A DNA stretch of 64,000 nucleotides from Squalus acanthias (lineage: Eukaryota): contig CM059433.1 in the NCBI GenBank assembly GCA_030390025.1, forward strand, positions 96,348,001-96,412,000. The letters are read 5' to 3'. The notes beneath the pieces are model-generated. The model searched no databases, had not been told where the DNA came from, and saw only the letters and a program-made list of their open reading frames with translations. Of the stretch, positions 13,240-25,830 are shown in pieces (positions within the stretch are counted from its first letter, which is position 1; every line of letters begins with the position of its first letter). Position numbers and translations under genes: made by a program.

Positions 13240-13900
13240 AATATTCTATTTTGTTCTACTGAGATTAGGTACTTTAATTTTATTGTTATCAACATCTGCT
13301 TTTATTAATGTGCCAAATCTAATAATATTATGATCAATTGAGTCTAAATCATGTCCTACGCCTAGGTTAGTGATTATTTTTAACATGCTGCTAAATAATA
13401 AATCTAATGTGACATGTGCCTTGGTGCACTGATTCACATATTGTATCAAAAAAAAATTTGCACTATCAGAATACATTTATTTTCTCCCCCCCCAGGGTGA
13501 CTCTGTTCTGCTCACTTAATTCCCAGATAATTAAATCGTCCATGATCACAACTGTACATTTTTCTGCAGCCTCCCTTATTTGTCCACACAGTTCAATGTC
13601 AGCTTGCTCACTTTATCCTAGTGGTCTATAACAGTTATCCATAATCATTTTTCTGCTATCCCTGGGTTCTACCTAAATAGATTCTGACAGATTCTCTTCC
13701 AGGAGAAGGTCTTCTTTGTTATATATCATTAATTGATTGGTGACCATGAAAGCTAGTCCTTTTTCTATTATTTCTAAACTTTTTGAACAGTCTAAAACAT
13801 ACTGCGATGAACATATCCAATTTGGTCAGTGATGTCTACACGTTCATTATCTGAGTAAGCTTTTATTCCTGATGTTCTTTGCACATCTTTTTCACACTTG
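13240..13900 (-). mobile_element. Highly decayed CR1 ORF2 endonuclease fragment
   Basis: QYVNQCT...TLDLLFS...NLGVGHDLDSIDHNIIRF matches the APE endonuclease LDL...SDHN motif. Confidence 0.6.
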
Positions 13901-16180
13901 TAGAGATCCTATCAACTGCATCCATGTCAACTTTGTCAGGAGAGGAAAATTGAAGTCAATGGAAAGGAAAAAAATGGGCGGGGTGTATAACAGGCGGTCG
14001 ATCCACTAACAAATTGGCTGGCCATTATGCAACCCTCCTGATTTTCACTACATTGGGGGAAATGAAAATCAGGCGGGGCCTATAATGGGCGACCAATTTG
14101 ATATCTCCCATTTTGTACTGACTGGCGGTGTGTTTCCATTATTATTTTCTTTCTGTTTTAATGGTAAAGAATATAGCTGTTTTTTGCAGCCACAGTTTGT
14201 CTGAATTTAGGGTAAGATAAATTCAGTCTTCTGATCTCAGAAAACAGCAGCCTTTCATCTCAAAAAGGCATTAAATGCAGAGAAAGTCCTCCTAGACCAA
14301 TAAGGATTAATACGGTAGAGGCATAGCCCCTTAAGCTTCGAGGGAAATTGATACTAACTGTATCACCATCACATTTCAACACGTTGCCCAGAGTAGCTGT
14401 ACATAACAGCATAAAAATAAGTTAAAATAATTGCAAAGCTAAATAAATCCATTTTAATGCATTACAAATTTGTGCAGAAACAAGGAAAGCAAAAAAATGT
14501 AAAATGCTTTAGTTACATCATTGTCAATGTTGCATTATGCAGGTACAGATTGTGTAGAAACCAGCAAAATGTCTCACTGTGGAAACATATGCCATCCATA
14601 ATTTGGATTTTTAAAATTATCTGAATTGGTTAAATTAGGATTGATTTGGGGATTGTATCCAACATGCACCAAACACAGCCTGTGAATGCTTTTCCCTTTA
14701 AGCCCTCGTGGTTGCCTCTAACTAAAATCAGAAAGTGCTGGAAATACACAGCAGGTCAGTTAGCTACAAAGTAAAAGATAATTTATTCTATCGGGATTAG
14801 ACCCTCAGGTGTTGGCTCCAATTGCTATGAATCTTTTCTCAGTCAGAAACGGGTTGGGAAGATGGCCAGGGCCACAGATTGTTCGATAGTCACGATGAAC
14901 ACCATTCTGATTGAAACTCCTAAAAGCCGTGAAGGATTGGTCCCATCATCACAAACTGACCCAGCTAGTAGACTGTCAAACTTGGCCAGTGAAGGAAGAT
15001 GCATCTGAACGTCAGTTAAGGTTGGTGCTTGATCTTACGACCTTCTGGCTAAAAATTGAAACCTCCAACTTGCTTAGTTTGCCATTTTTGGGATTTAATT
15101 TTTGAAAAGCTAGTTGTTAATTTGCTCAAACTTTCATTGCTGCTATTGCACAGAAACCCTTAAAAATAAACCCCATAATTAAATTCAAACCTTGTAAGAC
15201 TGTCTTTGGTTTAGGGCAGAGAACAGAAACAAATTATAGAAAAGCAGGTTCTTCTTGAAGTTTTTTTTTGAAATTAATAAAAATATGAACTTTTCTCTGA
15301 CTTAATAAATTCTTCAGTAAATTTACATTGGACACGCAGCCTTTGTTCTGTATTTTTTTTCTGTATGGCTTTTACATGAGAAAGAAATTAATTGCAGTGC
15401 TAAACTCTAAAAAAAAATTTAATACGCAAAAATCAAGAAGATAAAATAAAAGCTGATTTATCTTATATTGGTCGGACTCCCTTCAAAAGATGACCTTGAA
15501 ACATAATCACCCTAATGAGCCAAAATATTCACTTTCACGAATGAAACAGTAATCAAATCAGTTTCAAAAAGCACCATTAATGAGCTTTCCCTTTGATTGG
15601 GACACGTCCTGATATATTAATCTACAGGAGGTTCGTTCTCGCTGAGACCACCCCATGCCAGCTCATTAGCTGACCTAGCAAGAGACTAATTTGAATGTTT
15701 TTGATAAAAAATTTCAAGGAATTTTCACTTCAGCAGGGTTTCAGCCAATACCAGCAACTTCTATACAAGTAAATTGTACTTTTTGTAAAGTTAATTAGTA
15801 GATTTTGAGGATCATTGCACTGAAAAATAGTCATGAAGCATCCCTAAAAGCAACTCCACCTTAATATAATCATAGATGTACTGAATGATAATTTTTATTA
15901 TCAGACTGCTTTTTTGACAGGTGTATTTATTTTACAAGTAACAGTTTGAGACTGCTATCTGATTAGAGCAACACAGAACTACCAGAGCAAGTTACACTGG
16001 GATCGGCCAGATAGACTGCCCTGATCTTTTTCAGTACTATACATTTTTATGTTGCTACTATCAGCTCCTTGCAATTCCATGACCAGCAAAAACGGAGGCT
16101 CACTCAATGACATGGTTAAATTTTACTCTTAAAACGGAGCAATCAGGAACTTGGAATTGTAAGGAGATTTTGAAGGGTAG

Positions 16181-16920
16181 GGGCTAAAAATTCGGTATCG
16201 CCCCGATTGGGGCGCTAAAATTAAAAAAGTTGAAGAATTAGCGGCAGGCGCTAATTGGCGACTTCCGCAAAATTTGGTGTTAGCGCTCCAGGAAGGAAGT
16301 GGAACGCTAAATCAAGCACACCACTTCCTTCCTGGAGCGCTAAAGGATGCAGTCGGGGCGGTAGAGGTGCAGCGCTGCACAATGGGCCGTGCAGCGCTGC
16401 CGCGATCCGAGGCTCCTTCCCTTCCTTAAAGGGAAGGGCCATCGCTGCAGGGTCTACATTGGGACCAGTTAGCTGGTCCCCAACGGCGGCTGCGATCCGG
16501 CCCGATCAGCCCCATGCACTCCAGCAGAGTGCCGCGCTGATCGATGGCGGACGAAGAAAAACAGGAAAAATTGAAATCATGCATTGCAACAATTTTTCTA
16601 CCAACATCCCCTTTAACTTGCACCCCCGAAGCGCCCGGCCTCCCGAGCAACGCCTCCTGCAGCTGTCGGTCCGGCGATGCTGCAGGGGGCGGAACCGAAG
16701 TTCGGGTGCGGGGCACTACCGGGACGATGCGCAGGACAATGACGTCACGATCTCCCGGCACAGGATATCATGGCGCAATGTGTTACCGCCGCCGCAAACC
16801 TCTCGGCCAATTTAGCGGGATTCGTTCATTTTGCCGCACCCGGTCGGTAAATCGTTAGCACCCCGTTATCGCCCCCCGGAACCGATAACAGGAGGTGCTA
16901 AGGAGGCCAATTTCTAGGCC
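16181..16920. mobile_element. GC-rich Harbinger MITE (GGCGCTAA family)
   Basis: TIRs GGGCTAAAAATT / AATTTCTAGGCC. Both subterminal regions resemble those of 30647-34836 and 41081-45510. No coding remnant; TSD not clean. Confidence 0.85.
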
Positions 16921-17050
16921 AGAGAAACTATTTCAAGGGGTAAGGAGAAAAAGCAGGTAAATCGAGTTGACGTACAGATCAGCCATGCTCTGATTGAATG
17001 GCAGGACAGGCTTGAAAAGTTGAATGCCCTACTTCCAATGTCCCATATGA
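16921..17050 (+). mobile_element. CR1 3' UTR remnant
   Basis: GATCAGCCATG...TTGAATGGCAGGACAGGCTTGA resembles the CR1 3' UTR at 52760-52830. Confidence 0.55.
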
Positions 17051-17289
17051 GGAATTCAGGTGTAAGCTCACCATTTAAATGAATTGATGAAAACATGTGG
17101 GGGACATGTGCCCAAATGTGTTCCTGGCAAGTGAAGCACACTGCTGAGAACATGATTCTGTAAAATTACCTCTAATGCAATCTTCAGTTGGCCCTCTTGC
17201 GTTCTGCAGCAGGTGTTTGTTGTGGTAAGGTATGTTTCTATACTTTCTCCATTCTTCCCCTGTTAACTGGAGGCTTACTCCCAGGCTTC

Positions 17290-18060
17290 TATAAGGTTAT
17301 CTGTGTTGTCTTTTGACCTGGAAGCATACAAGGGACAAAGAGCAGAGATGTCTTTATAGTGTTTTTATGAAGTGGAGGTATAGTTCTTTGGAGGGTTGGC
17401 ACACATTTCTGGAGCGTGGCTGAGACCTGGAGGAGATGCTTACTTTGGAGATAACAGAAAAGGTCATGCTGGGTGATGCATGACCTATCTGCCAGCTGTT
17501 GTAAGAGCAAAATCTGGCTTTATCAAGGGAATTACCGATTCTGCTGATTCTTTTGTCATACCAAGTTTGAAGGACACTCATTATGCCAGACTGGGGAAAG
17601 AATCTTAAGGGATTTTCAAGGAGATACGGATCTTTATCTAGGTAGATAATGTTGCTGTTATTATCAGATCGACACATTTACAGGGTGTCAATGAAGAACA
17701 AGCTATGCAGGGGAATTGGCTGAGAGCCCATATTCCCCATGTCCAAGGATTATGCTGTATTCTCCAGAGTTAGACTACGCAATAAAGGTACCTGGAGTGG
17801 GGAAGTTTAGGCCTCATTCATCTTTTGGGAGCTGCAGACAACGGAAACAGTTTCTTGCCTCCCCATAGAAATTTGGAGATACAGATGTCGAGGTTTTGGA
17901 ACAGCCACGTCAAGACCCTCACTATTAGAAGCTGATATAGGTAGAGGAGGTGAGGAAGTACATTCATTTTACTGTGCTTGTCCTCCCGAAGAGCAATATG
18001 GAAATTGCCCTTGAACTTCATCTCTCCCTGGGGGATGAATGCTGAAGGGGCTATGATCAG
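17290..18060 (-). mobile_element. Decayed L1-clade LINE ORF2 fragment
   Basis: KMNVLPHLLYLYQLL...NLDICISKFLWGGKK and ENPLRFFP...TWYDKRISRIG resemble the post-RT region of fish-type L1 ORF2. Confidence 0.65.
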
Positions 18061-18180
18061 AGGGCTAATGCACAGGTTCTTGTCCTCTGGCCCCTCATTC
18101 TGCAGAGATCATGAGAAGCCTCGTGGTCATTGTGGCTGCCGGGCGTATGCACTAGTGAGCACCTTGGCCCACCTCACAGC

Positions 18181-19864
18181 GCCACACACCCGCCAACTCA
18201 ATAGACTGATCAAGACCTTCGATCCAGACCTTCAAAACATCCTACGCGCTCTCATCCCACGTACTCCCCGCGTGGGAGACTTCTACTGCCTCCCAAAGAT
18301 ACACAAAGCCAACACACCCGGACGTCCTATCGTATCAGGCAATGGAACCCTGTGTGAGAACCTCTCTGGATACGTCGAGGGCATTCTGAAACCCATCGTA
18401 CAGGGAACCCCCAGCTTCTGTCGCGACACTACAGACTTCTTACAGAAACTCAGCACCCACGGACCAGTTGAACCAGGAACACTCCTTGCCACGATGGACG
18501 TATCGGCACTCTACACCAGTATCCCCCACGATGACGGCATCGCTGCAACAGCCTCAGTACTCAACATCAACAACAGCCAATCTCCAGACGCCATCCTACA
18601 ACTCATCCGCTTCATCCTTGACCACAATGTCTTCACCTTCGACAACCATTTTTTTACCCAAACACACGGAACAGCCATGGGGACCAAATTCGCACCCCAA
18701 TACGCCAACATCTTCATGCACAAGTTCGAGCAAGACTTCTTCGCTGCACAGGACCTCCAGCCAACGCTGTACACCAGATACATCGACGACATTTTCTTCC
18801 TTTGGACCCATGGCGAAGGATCACTGAAAAGACTACACGATAACATAAACAAGTTCCATCCCACCATCAAACTCACCATGGACTACTCCTCAGAATCGGT
18901 CTCATTCCTGGACACACGAATCTCCATCAAAGACGGACACCTCAGCACTTCACTCTACCGCAAGCCCACGGACAACCTCACGATGCTCCACTTCTCCAGC
19001 TTCCACCCTAACCATGTTAAAGAAGCCATCCCCTATGGACAAGCCCTGCGAATACACAGGATCTGCTCAGACGAGGAGGAACGCGATGGACACCTACGGA
19101 CGCTGAAAAACGCCCTCGTAAGAACGGGATATGACGCTCGACTCATCGATCGACAGTTCCGACGGGCCACAGCGAAAAATCGCATAGACCTCCTCAGAAG
19201 GCAAACACGGGACACAACCAACAGGGTACCCTACGTCGTCCAGTACTTCCCCGGAGCGGAGAAACTACGACATGTTCTTCGCAGCCTTCAACATGTCATC
19301 GATGACGACAAACACCTCGCTAAGGCCATCCCCACGCCTCCACTACTTGCCTTCAAACAGCCGCCTAACCTCAGAAGTACCATCGTTCGCAGCAAATTAC
19401 CCAGCTTTCAGGATAACAGCGACCACGACACCACACAACCCTGCCATGGCAAACTCTGCAAGACATGCCAGATCATCAACACAGATACCACCATCACACG
19501 TGAGGACACTACCCACCAGGTACATGGTACATACTCATGTGACTCGGCCAACGTTGTCTACCTCATACGTTGCAGGAAAGAATGCACCGCGGCATGGTAC
19601 ATCGGCGAGACCATGCAGACACTGAGACAACGTATGAACGAGCACCGCGCAACAATCGCCAGGCAGGATTGTTACCTCCCAGTCGGGGAACACTTCAGCA
19701 GTCAAGGACATTCAGCCTCGGATCTGCGGGTAAGCGTTCTCCAAGGCAACCTTAGAAACACACGACAACGCAAAATCATCGAGCAGAAACTGATAGCCAA
19801 GTTCTGCACTCATGAAGACGGTCTCAATCGGGATCTTGGGTTTATGTCACGATACATGACGTGA
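18181..19864 (+). CDS. Penelope-like reverse transcriptase + GIY-YIG endonuclease (uninterrupted, N-terminally truncated)
   Basis: FYCLPKIHK, GRPIVS, TMDVSALYTSIP, GTAMGTKFAP, YTRYIDDIF, CHGKLCKTC linker, VVYLIRC...WYIGET...RMNEH, GLNRD. Confidence 0.93.
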
Positions 19865-20199
19865 TCCGGACTCGAGTCGTCGTTAGCTTGTTCACAGATG
19901 TGATTCCCAGTAAAAAAGTAAAAATTTTCCCAGTAAAAAAGTAAATTTTTTTTTTAAAGCTTTTCGTTTTACATACAGACGGCAGCTTTTGACACGTTAG
20001 AACCCCTGCGACTTCACCTCATTGTCTCAGTTGTATCTTGCTATGTCTTTTGATGTGGTACCTTCCTGGCTGACTTAATTAACTTTATCACACCTCGGCA
20101 GATAGTCAGGATGATTTAATTTATTGGTCTGCAATTGTAAAGTACACATGCTTTTTTTTCCATCTATATATGCTCTGACGATTCTGTATCCAATTTACT

Positions 20200-20237
20200 T
20201 CACCTGAGGAAGGAGCGATAGTTCCGAAAGCTTGTGA
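20200..20237 (+). ncRNA. Minimal type I hammerhead ribozyme motif in the Penelope pseudo-LTR
   Basis: TCAC CTGAGGA A GGAGC-GATA-GTTCC GAAA GC TT GTGA: stem I TCAC/GTGA, CUGANGA and GAAA core, 5-bp stem II (one G-U), palindromic minimal stem III AAGCTT. Confidence 0.75.
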
Positions 20238-21555
20238 TTTCAAATAAAACTGTTGGACTATAACCTGGTGTTGTGCGACCTCTCAATTTTGTCCACCTCA
20301 CAGCACCAGGCTAACACAATTGTTGCTGCTTGCCGTAAAATGATGCATCCGTCCACCGTGGTGAAGCAGAACCCACCAAGCAACAAACATGTGGGTGAAA
20401 CTTCTGTGGGACACATGCCAGTCGAAAGAACTATTGTATGGAGTCAGCACATGACCTATGCATTTCCCACACAGATGCAAACCACGTCCGTCCTCCCCCC
20501 ACCCCCACCCCCATCACCCCTGGCCGACAAGGAAATCTAACACAGTTACAGATGTAATGTGAACGCATAGTCGATCCTGAAGACAATGAGAAATTATTGT
20601 TTTTTTTCTCAAGTTGAGCACCTGAAAAGAATCTGTGAATTTATTGATGGAAATTGGTAAAAATAAAATTTCATGATCCCTGCTTATCCCTCAAAGCACC
20701 GAGCCTCCCTGCTGTCAATGTGTACTCAGAAATGTATCCTCTCTGCCAACTTTTCATGCAGTTAAAAAGATTATTTGGCTCCCTCTTGATGCATTGTCAT
20801 CTGAAATCCTCCTTTATTTGTCCTCTTACTGTTTCTAATAGTATTTAGTTATCTTCAACTGACTTTAGAATGATTCCCAGTCCTCGCTACTTGTTCGTTG
20901 TATCTTTTAACACAATTCTGCTTAGCTTTTAACTTTCCTTTGACTTTATATGCAGCCACTTGCAGCCTTGGCCTTGATAAAGCATTGGGTTAATGCTTCC
21001 TTTCTACATTCTTTAAAAGGGTCTTTAAAATAATCCATTTTCTCTGTTATTTTATTCCAAGTTCTACTTCCTGCTCAATCCTCTTTAGAGCTCCTCTCAT
21101 TGTTTTGAAGTTTGCTCTTCCAGAAATGTAACCTTATCTTTCTGAACTTCTGTCTTCAGCGATTATTACAGTTTCGAATCTAATTGTTTGAGAACCCAAA
21201 TGATCAACCAATTTTGTTCTTAATTAGTTGGAATAGGCTGTTAAATGCTAATCTCATAGAGTGTCACCAGTACTCTGCATCACGAGTTGTGTTAAGACTT
21301 AGGGGGAAATTTTAACCCCAAAAAATGGGTAGGTTGGGGTCAGGTAGGAGGCTAAAGAGTTAAAAATCTGAATCCCGACCCCCAACCCGCCTCCAACCTG
21401 CCCACTTCCAGGGGGGCGGGCAGCCAACCCGCTCGCAGAAGGCGAGTCAGCATTTTAAATATTATAATGAGGCTGCTTGCCTCATGGTGATCCACCATTT
21501 TAAATTTAACTGTGGGCGGCCGGGTTTCCCTGGCCTCGGGGAATCCGCCAGCTAA

Positions 21556-21795
21556 AGAAAGAAAGAAAGACTTGCATTTCTATAGCGCCTTTCACAACCA
21601 CCGGACGTCTCAAAGCTCTTTACAGCCAATGAAGTACTTTTGGAGTGTAGTCACTGTTGTAATGTGGGATACATGGCAGCCAATTTGCGGACAGCAAGCT
21701 CCCACAAACAGCAATGTGATAATGACCAGATAATCTGTTTTTGTAATATTGATTGAGGGATAAATATTGGCCATGACACCGGGGATTACTCCCCT
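21556..21795 (-). mobile_element. SINE 3' fragment (DeuSINE/SacSINE1-like)
   Basis: (GAAA)n-GACTTGCATTTCTATAGCGCC...CAGCCAATGAAGTACTTTT, nearly identical to 57543-57780. Confidence 0.85.
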
Positions 21796-21979
21796 GGGAG
21801 GCGAGGACTGCTGGATCCAGCAGGTATGTGTCTTTCCACTTACCTGCTGGATCCAGCGTTCCTACCTCGCCAACTCCCCGCAATCGGACACCCCCCTGAC
21901 CCTTCCGATCGCCCCCCCATGAGGCCTCCGATCTCTAATTCCCCCCTCTGACCCCCGACCCCCGCTCTGGCCACCGATT

Positions 21980-22380
21980 GCCCCTCCGGCCTTCCAGCCT
22001 TCAAACCTCCGGCCCCCGATGCCCCCTCCACCTTCCAACCTCCCCTCTCCGGCCCCCGATCACCCCTCCGGCCTTCTGACCTCCCCTCTCCGGTCCCCGA
22101 TCCCCTTCCGGCCTTCCGACCTCCCCTCTCCGGCCCCCGATCACCCCTCCGGCCTTCCAACCTCCCCTCTCCGGCCCCCGATCACCCCTCCGGCCTTCCG
22201 ACCTCCCCTCTCCGGTCCCCGATCCCCTTCCGGCCTTCCGACCTCCCCTCTCCGGCCCCCGATCACCCCTCCGGCCTTCCAACCTCCCCTCTCCGGCCCC
22301 CGATCACCCCTCCGGCCTTCCGACCTCCCCTCTCCGGCCCCCGATCCCCCTCCGGCCTCCGATCAACCCCCTCCGATCCC
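21980..22380. repeat. 40-41-bp C-rich minisatellite, ~9 copies
   Basis: Unit CCCTCCGGCCTTCCRACCTCCCCTCTCCGGCCCCCGATCAC. Confidence 0.92.
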
Positions 22381-22996
22381 TCCCTCCCTTCCTCCTGTCT
22401 GCGGCCTGATGCCCCAGGCCTACCCACATGCAGCCAGCCAGCTTCTCCCTCTGGCTCCCTGCAGGTGGGAAACAGTGATTTCAAATGCTAATCAGGCCCT
22501 GTTGTTAAATTTGGCAGGGCCTGTGGGAAACCGCATTCCAGCCCCCCGCTCCTTCCCCACCTCCAAATGAAAGTTCCAGCCTTAGTCACTGATTAACTCC
22601 ATTAGGTAAATTTTCACCTTCAGCACTCCCACCACAGAGCTTCATGCACCAGAAGCACACATTGGGAATAAAATTAATGTACAAAAATTTATAGTGGGCA
22701 CACACCTAAATTCCCATTATTAACTTCCCACAAAGCAGCCTTACCACACAACTAACCCACACGATGCCATTTCATTTAGTAGCACACAACTTCCCAACCT
22801 CTCAGCACTACTTCTCAGTTTCCAGAATAAAGCACGTCTGAACCAGAGGATGAACCATGACAATTTTAAACCCTTCACTCTGTATGAACAGGCCACACTT
22901 GATATGGTTATGCCAGAGAACATAGAGGGAATGGGCAAGCTAGAGATTCCACCAAAAAGAGGGCTAGTACAATCCTTTTCTTGCTTTAATTCATCC

Positions 22997-23024
22997 ACTC
23001 ACTCACTCACTCACTCACTCACTC
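22997..23024. repeat. (ACTC)n microsatellite
   Basis: Direct reading. Confidence 0.85.
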
Positions 23025-25039
23025 ATACATATAGTGCACAAACCACCATGACACATATTAGTAGCTAAGTACGTTCAGTTTAAGGGGATGCTTTTCAAGG
23101 AACCATTGGAACATATTCTTCTGTTTCTATGGGTGTGCCCAAAGAGAAAGCTATAAACCCATGCGGCAGCCCCAAAACCAAAACCAGCACCTCACAGCAC
23201 TCAGCGTCACTCACTGCACCTGGAGCAGGCACCAGCACCAGTCCATCGAACCGTGGGTTTGAGCTGGATTCACCAGGTGGAGCAGTGAGCATGATTGAGG
23301 GGAGGCAGAGGAGGAACTAGAAGCTGCTGGCAACATTCTCAGCTGCACAACACTGGGATCTAGATCTCATGGGGTCTGTATTTAAAAGTCATTAGAGAAT
23401 GCCCCGAGCACCTGCAAATTCTGCGGCTGACTGTGGAGAAGTCCACTACCCGCAACTACACGCTCATGGATGAAGTCTTCTCATTGCTGCAGATCACCGT
23501 GGAGCAAGTGGCATCTCCAGGGCCATATTCAGCGGAGTGCCCAGTGTCTGAAAACCCAGCCATATAACTTCCTTGGCCGCTTAGGAGCTACAGAGATATT
23601 GGGGGTGAAAACCTGTGATCCTGCTCTGCCATCCTAACGAAAACAGAGTGGGACTTCCCCTGCACTGGGCATTTGTGCGCCTGACCTCATCAGAATTCCT
23701 GGAGTTAGGCAACTTAAAGAAAGTGGGTGGGAGCCTGTGCCACTATTGGTGTAGTCGGGGCATCTACTAGGTGGGGAGTGATGAAAATGATAGCATTGTC
23801 CAGGCACTGGAGCTGAGTGCCGGCAGGTCCATCCAAAGAAAGAAGCTTTACAAAGTTCTCCCTTTTCCTGGAAGGCCATTTTCCTTACAGTAGGTGATTA
23901 CTTTGAGGCTGGCTACTCCAAGGAAAGTAGCCTTTTCCAATTCTGCGTTGGGGAGGACAAGTGAGAATTCCAGTGGACATGTCATCCCTCCGATCCTGCC
24001 TCTTTTTTGATGAATGGAAGAAGTGCCCATCTCACTGTCTGAGAAAACCTCTGGTGCAGGTAGAATGGGCTGGAGATCTGTCATAACTGGTCCAGCCCCA
24101 ATTTCTGCCCCCTCTAGTCCCCAACTGGTCCAAAAATGCTGCCAGTTCACCAAAATCCCAGGGGAAATTCGGAGTGCTTGCTTTCTAATCTTTCCATGGG
24201 GATATTGCCTGGTTTCACCATGCTGGGTGATCATATGTAGCCAGCCACTGCGCACATTGCTGCCCAGAGTTCTACTCCAGCACAAATCACTGGACATGCT
24301 GAGGGACAGCCCTGCAGCAGGATTGTGCCTGGAATAGCCACGAATAAGGCTGCTGCCTGTCAGGCAATGTAACATCAAACCCCTCCAGCCACCTTCCTCA
24401 AATGGTAGTATATGTGATAGAAAGTATGTAAGACAAAGCAGCCACTGCAGCAGCAGACAAGGCAGAGCAGTTGCAGTGCCATTTCATGGCAGCAAAATGA
24501 AGTAGAGGACCATCTCAATTTCTAAAGGCTCCCATTGAGACCTTTAGCCAGCCACTTCACTAACTTCTGTCATTGGGGGAGCATCGAGAAGGAGCATTAG
24601 GTTACATTCTAGAGTACGCAAATCATGCATGTCACCAAGGGAAGCACTGAGGTTAAAAAAAACACTACCCATGCACATTAATCGCTTTTAGGGAGTTAAA
24701 TTTGGTTCCACTTTATTTCAACTGTGTCCAGAGAGTTTTCTTTGGATGTTGTAGAATAAGGATTTAGCAGATGAAAAAAATGGAATCCATGGTAAGCGAG
24801 TTTGCACAGAAGCTAATGTTGGTGAACGCGTATTTGGCCATTGCATGTTGCATATGTGAAGAGGATAGTTAATACATTGGGTGGATGGGGTGCTAATATG
24901 AAGGTCTTGCCAATGAGAACCTGCTGTATGGCTTTAGCTGCTTGCAAAGATGGTTCAACAGAAATATCTTCTAGCTCCTTGCCTTCAACTTGCTTGGCTT
25001 TTTGCTGTGGGAGGGTATCTACTTCTGCCATCTGTATTC

Positions 25040-25830
25040 TTAAGCCACTTTGCATGTCAAAATTGTGTAGCACAATCAGAGACCCATGCATAGCTATATG
25101 GTAGAATGTTTCTCTGATCTGTCTAAGCATTTGAAGTATTGCTTGAAGATGACTATTGTGTTCAGTTATGTTCCTGGTTGCTGTTGCACCATTGCTCTAT
25201 TGTTGTTCATGGCTGTCTTCGATGTGTTAATAGTCAGGGCTCACGAGAGTAGCCTAGGTCTTCTACAGGCCAACTTTGCACTATTCTTTGTGGCTCGAAT
25301 AATCCAGGAAAAATGGACTGTCTTAAAATGAAAGCATCATGACTGCTCGGTTAGGAATTGACATTCATTTTCAATGTTCCATTTTGATGGTTACAGGCGA
25401 CCTACATGTATGTTGATGGAGTGAAAGCCCTTGTGGTTCATTAAGGTAATGAGACTGTGTGTATGGGTTTGTACTGCAACATCAATGTCATTAAAGAAAT
25501 CCAGAACTTTTGGAATTTCTGCCAACTGTGGCCTTTCATTTTGTTGCTGTTTGTCCTTAGAAAAAGTAATGATATTGATTACCGTGCCAAACACATCTGC
25601 TTGGTACATCTGTGAACTGCAGATTGATTGACGGTGTTGCTGTCTCCTGAAAGAGTCTAGAATAACCCTGAGACATAAATGGTCACTGGCAATGCTGTCC
25701 ATGTGGTGGAGCTTCCAGGAGATGGCACAACTCTAAATGAAGTGCAGCCTGCAAAGCACATTTTCCCAGACAAACCAAGGTAGGCCTGCCTCCTCATGTA
25801 GATTTCAGTTTGTGGGTAATGGTGGGTATG
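25040..25830 (-). pseudogene. Ancient, heavily decayed Harbinger transposase relic
   Basis: Residual THT...MNHKGFHSINIHV (cf. [11 protein letters not shown]), ATRNITEH (cf. ATRNIIE) and IVLHNF. Boundaries uncertain. Confidence 0.55.

Larger units (their letters stand above)
18181..20296 (+). mobile_element. Penelope-like retroelement, 5'-truncated
   Basis: RT + GIY-YIG ORF, then a 3' pseudo-LTR with a hammerhead motif and AATAAA. Direct repeat CCACCTCACAGC at 18169-18180 and 20293-20304 (TSD plus possible microhomology). Confidence 0.93.
21302..22581. mobile_element. Harbinger-type MITE containing a SINE fragment and a minisatellite
   Basis: Ends GGGGGAAATTTT / AAAGTTCCAGCC with TTA TSD on both sides. 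Internal GGCCGGGTTTCCC motif is shared with 2880-3672. Confidence 0.8.

Noticed and set aside
16255-16815. 186-aa ORF in a CpG-island-like segment
   Set aside because: Entirely inside a GC-rich MITE, with no domain similarity.
17978-18180. N-terminal part of the 628-aa ORF as genuine Penelope protein
   Set aside because: It lies outside the flanking duplication and overlaps an antisense L1 relic. Chance open frame.
21840-22570. Pro-rich and Gly/Arg-rich ORFs (also 3067-3659)
   Set aside because: Translations of GC-rich minisatellites.
22600-24800. Possible coding region
   Set aside because: Only faint resemblance to decayed Harbinger Myb sequence. No supportable boundaries or product.
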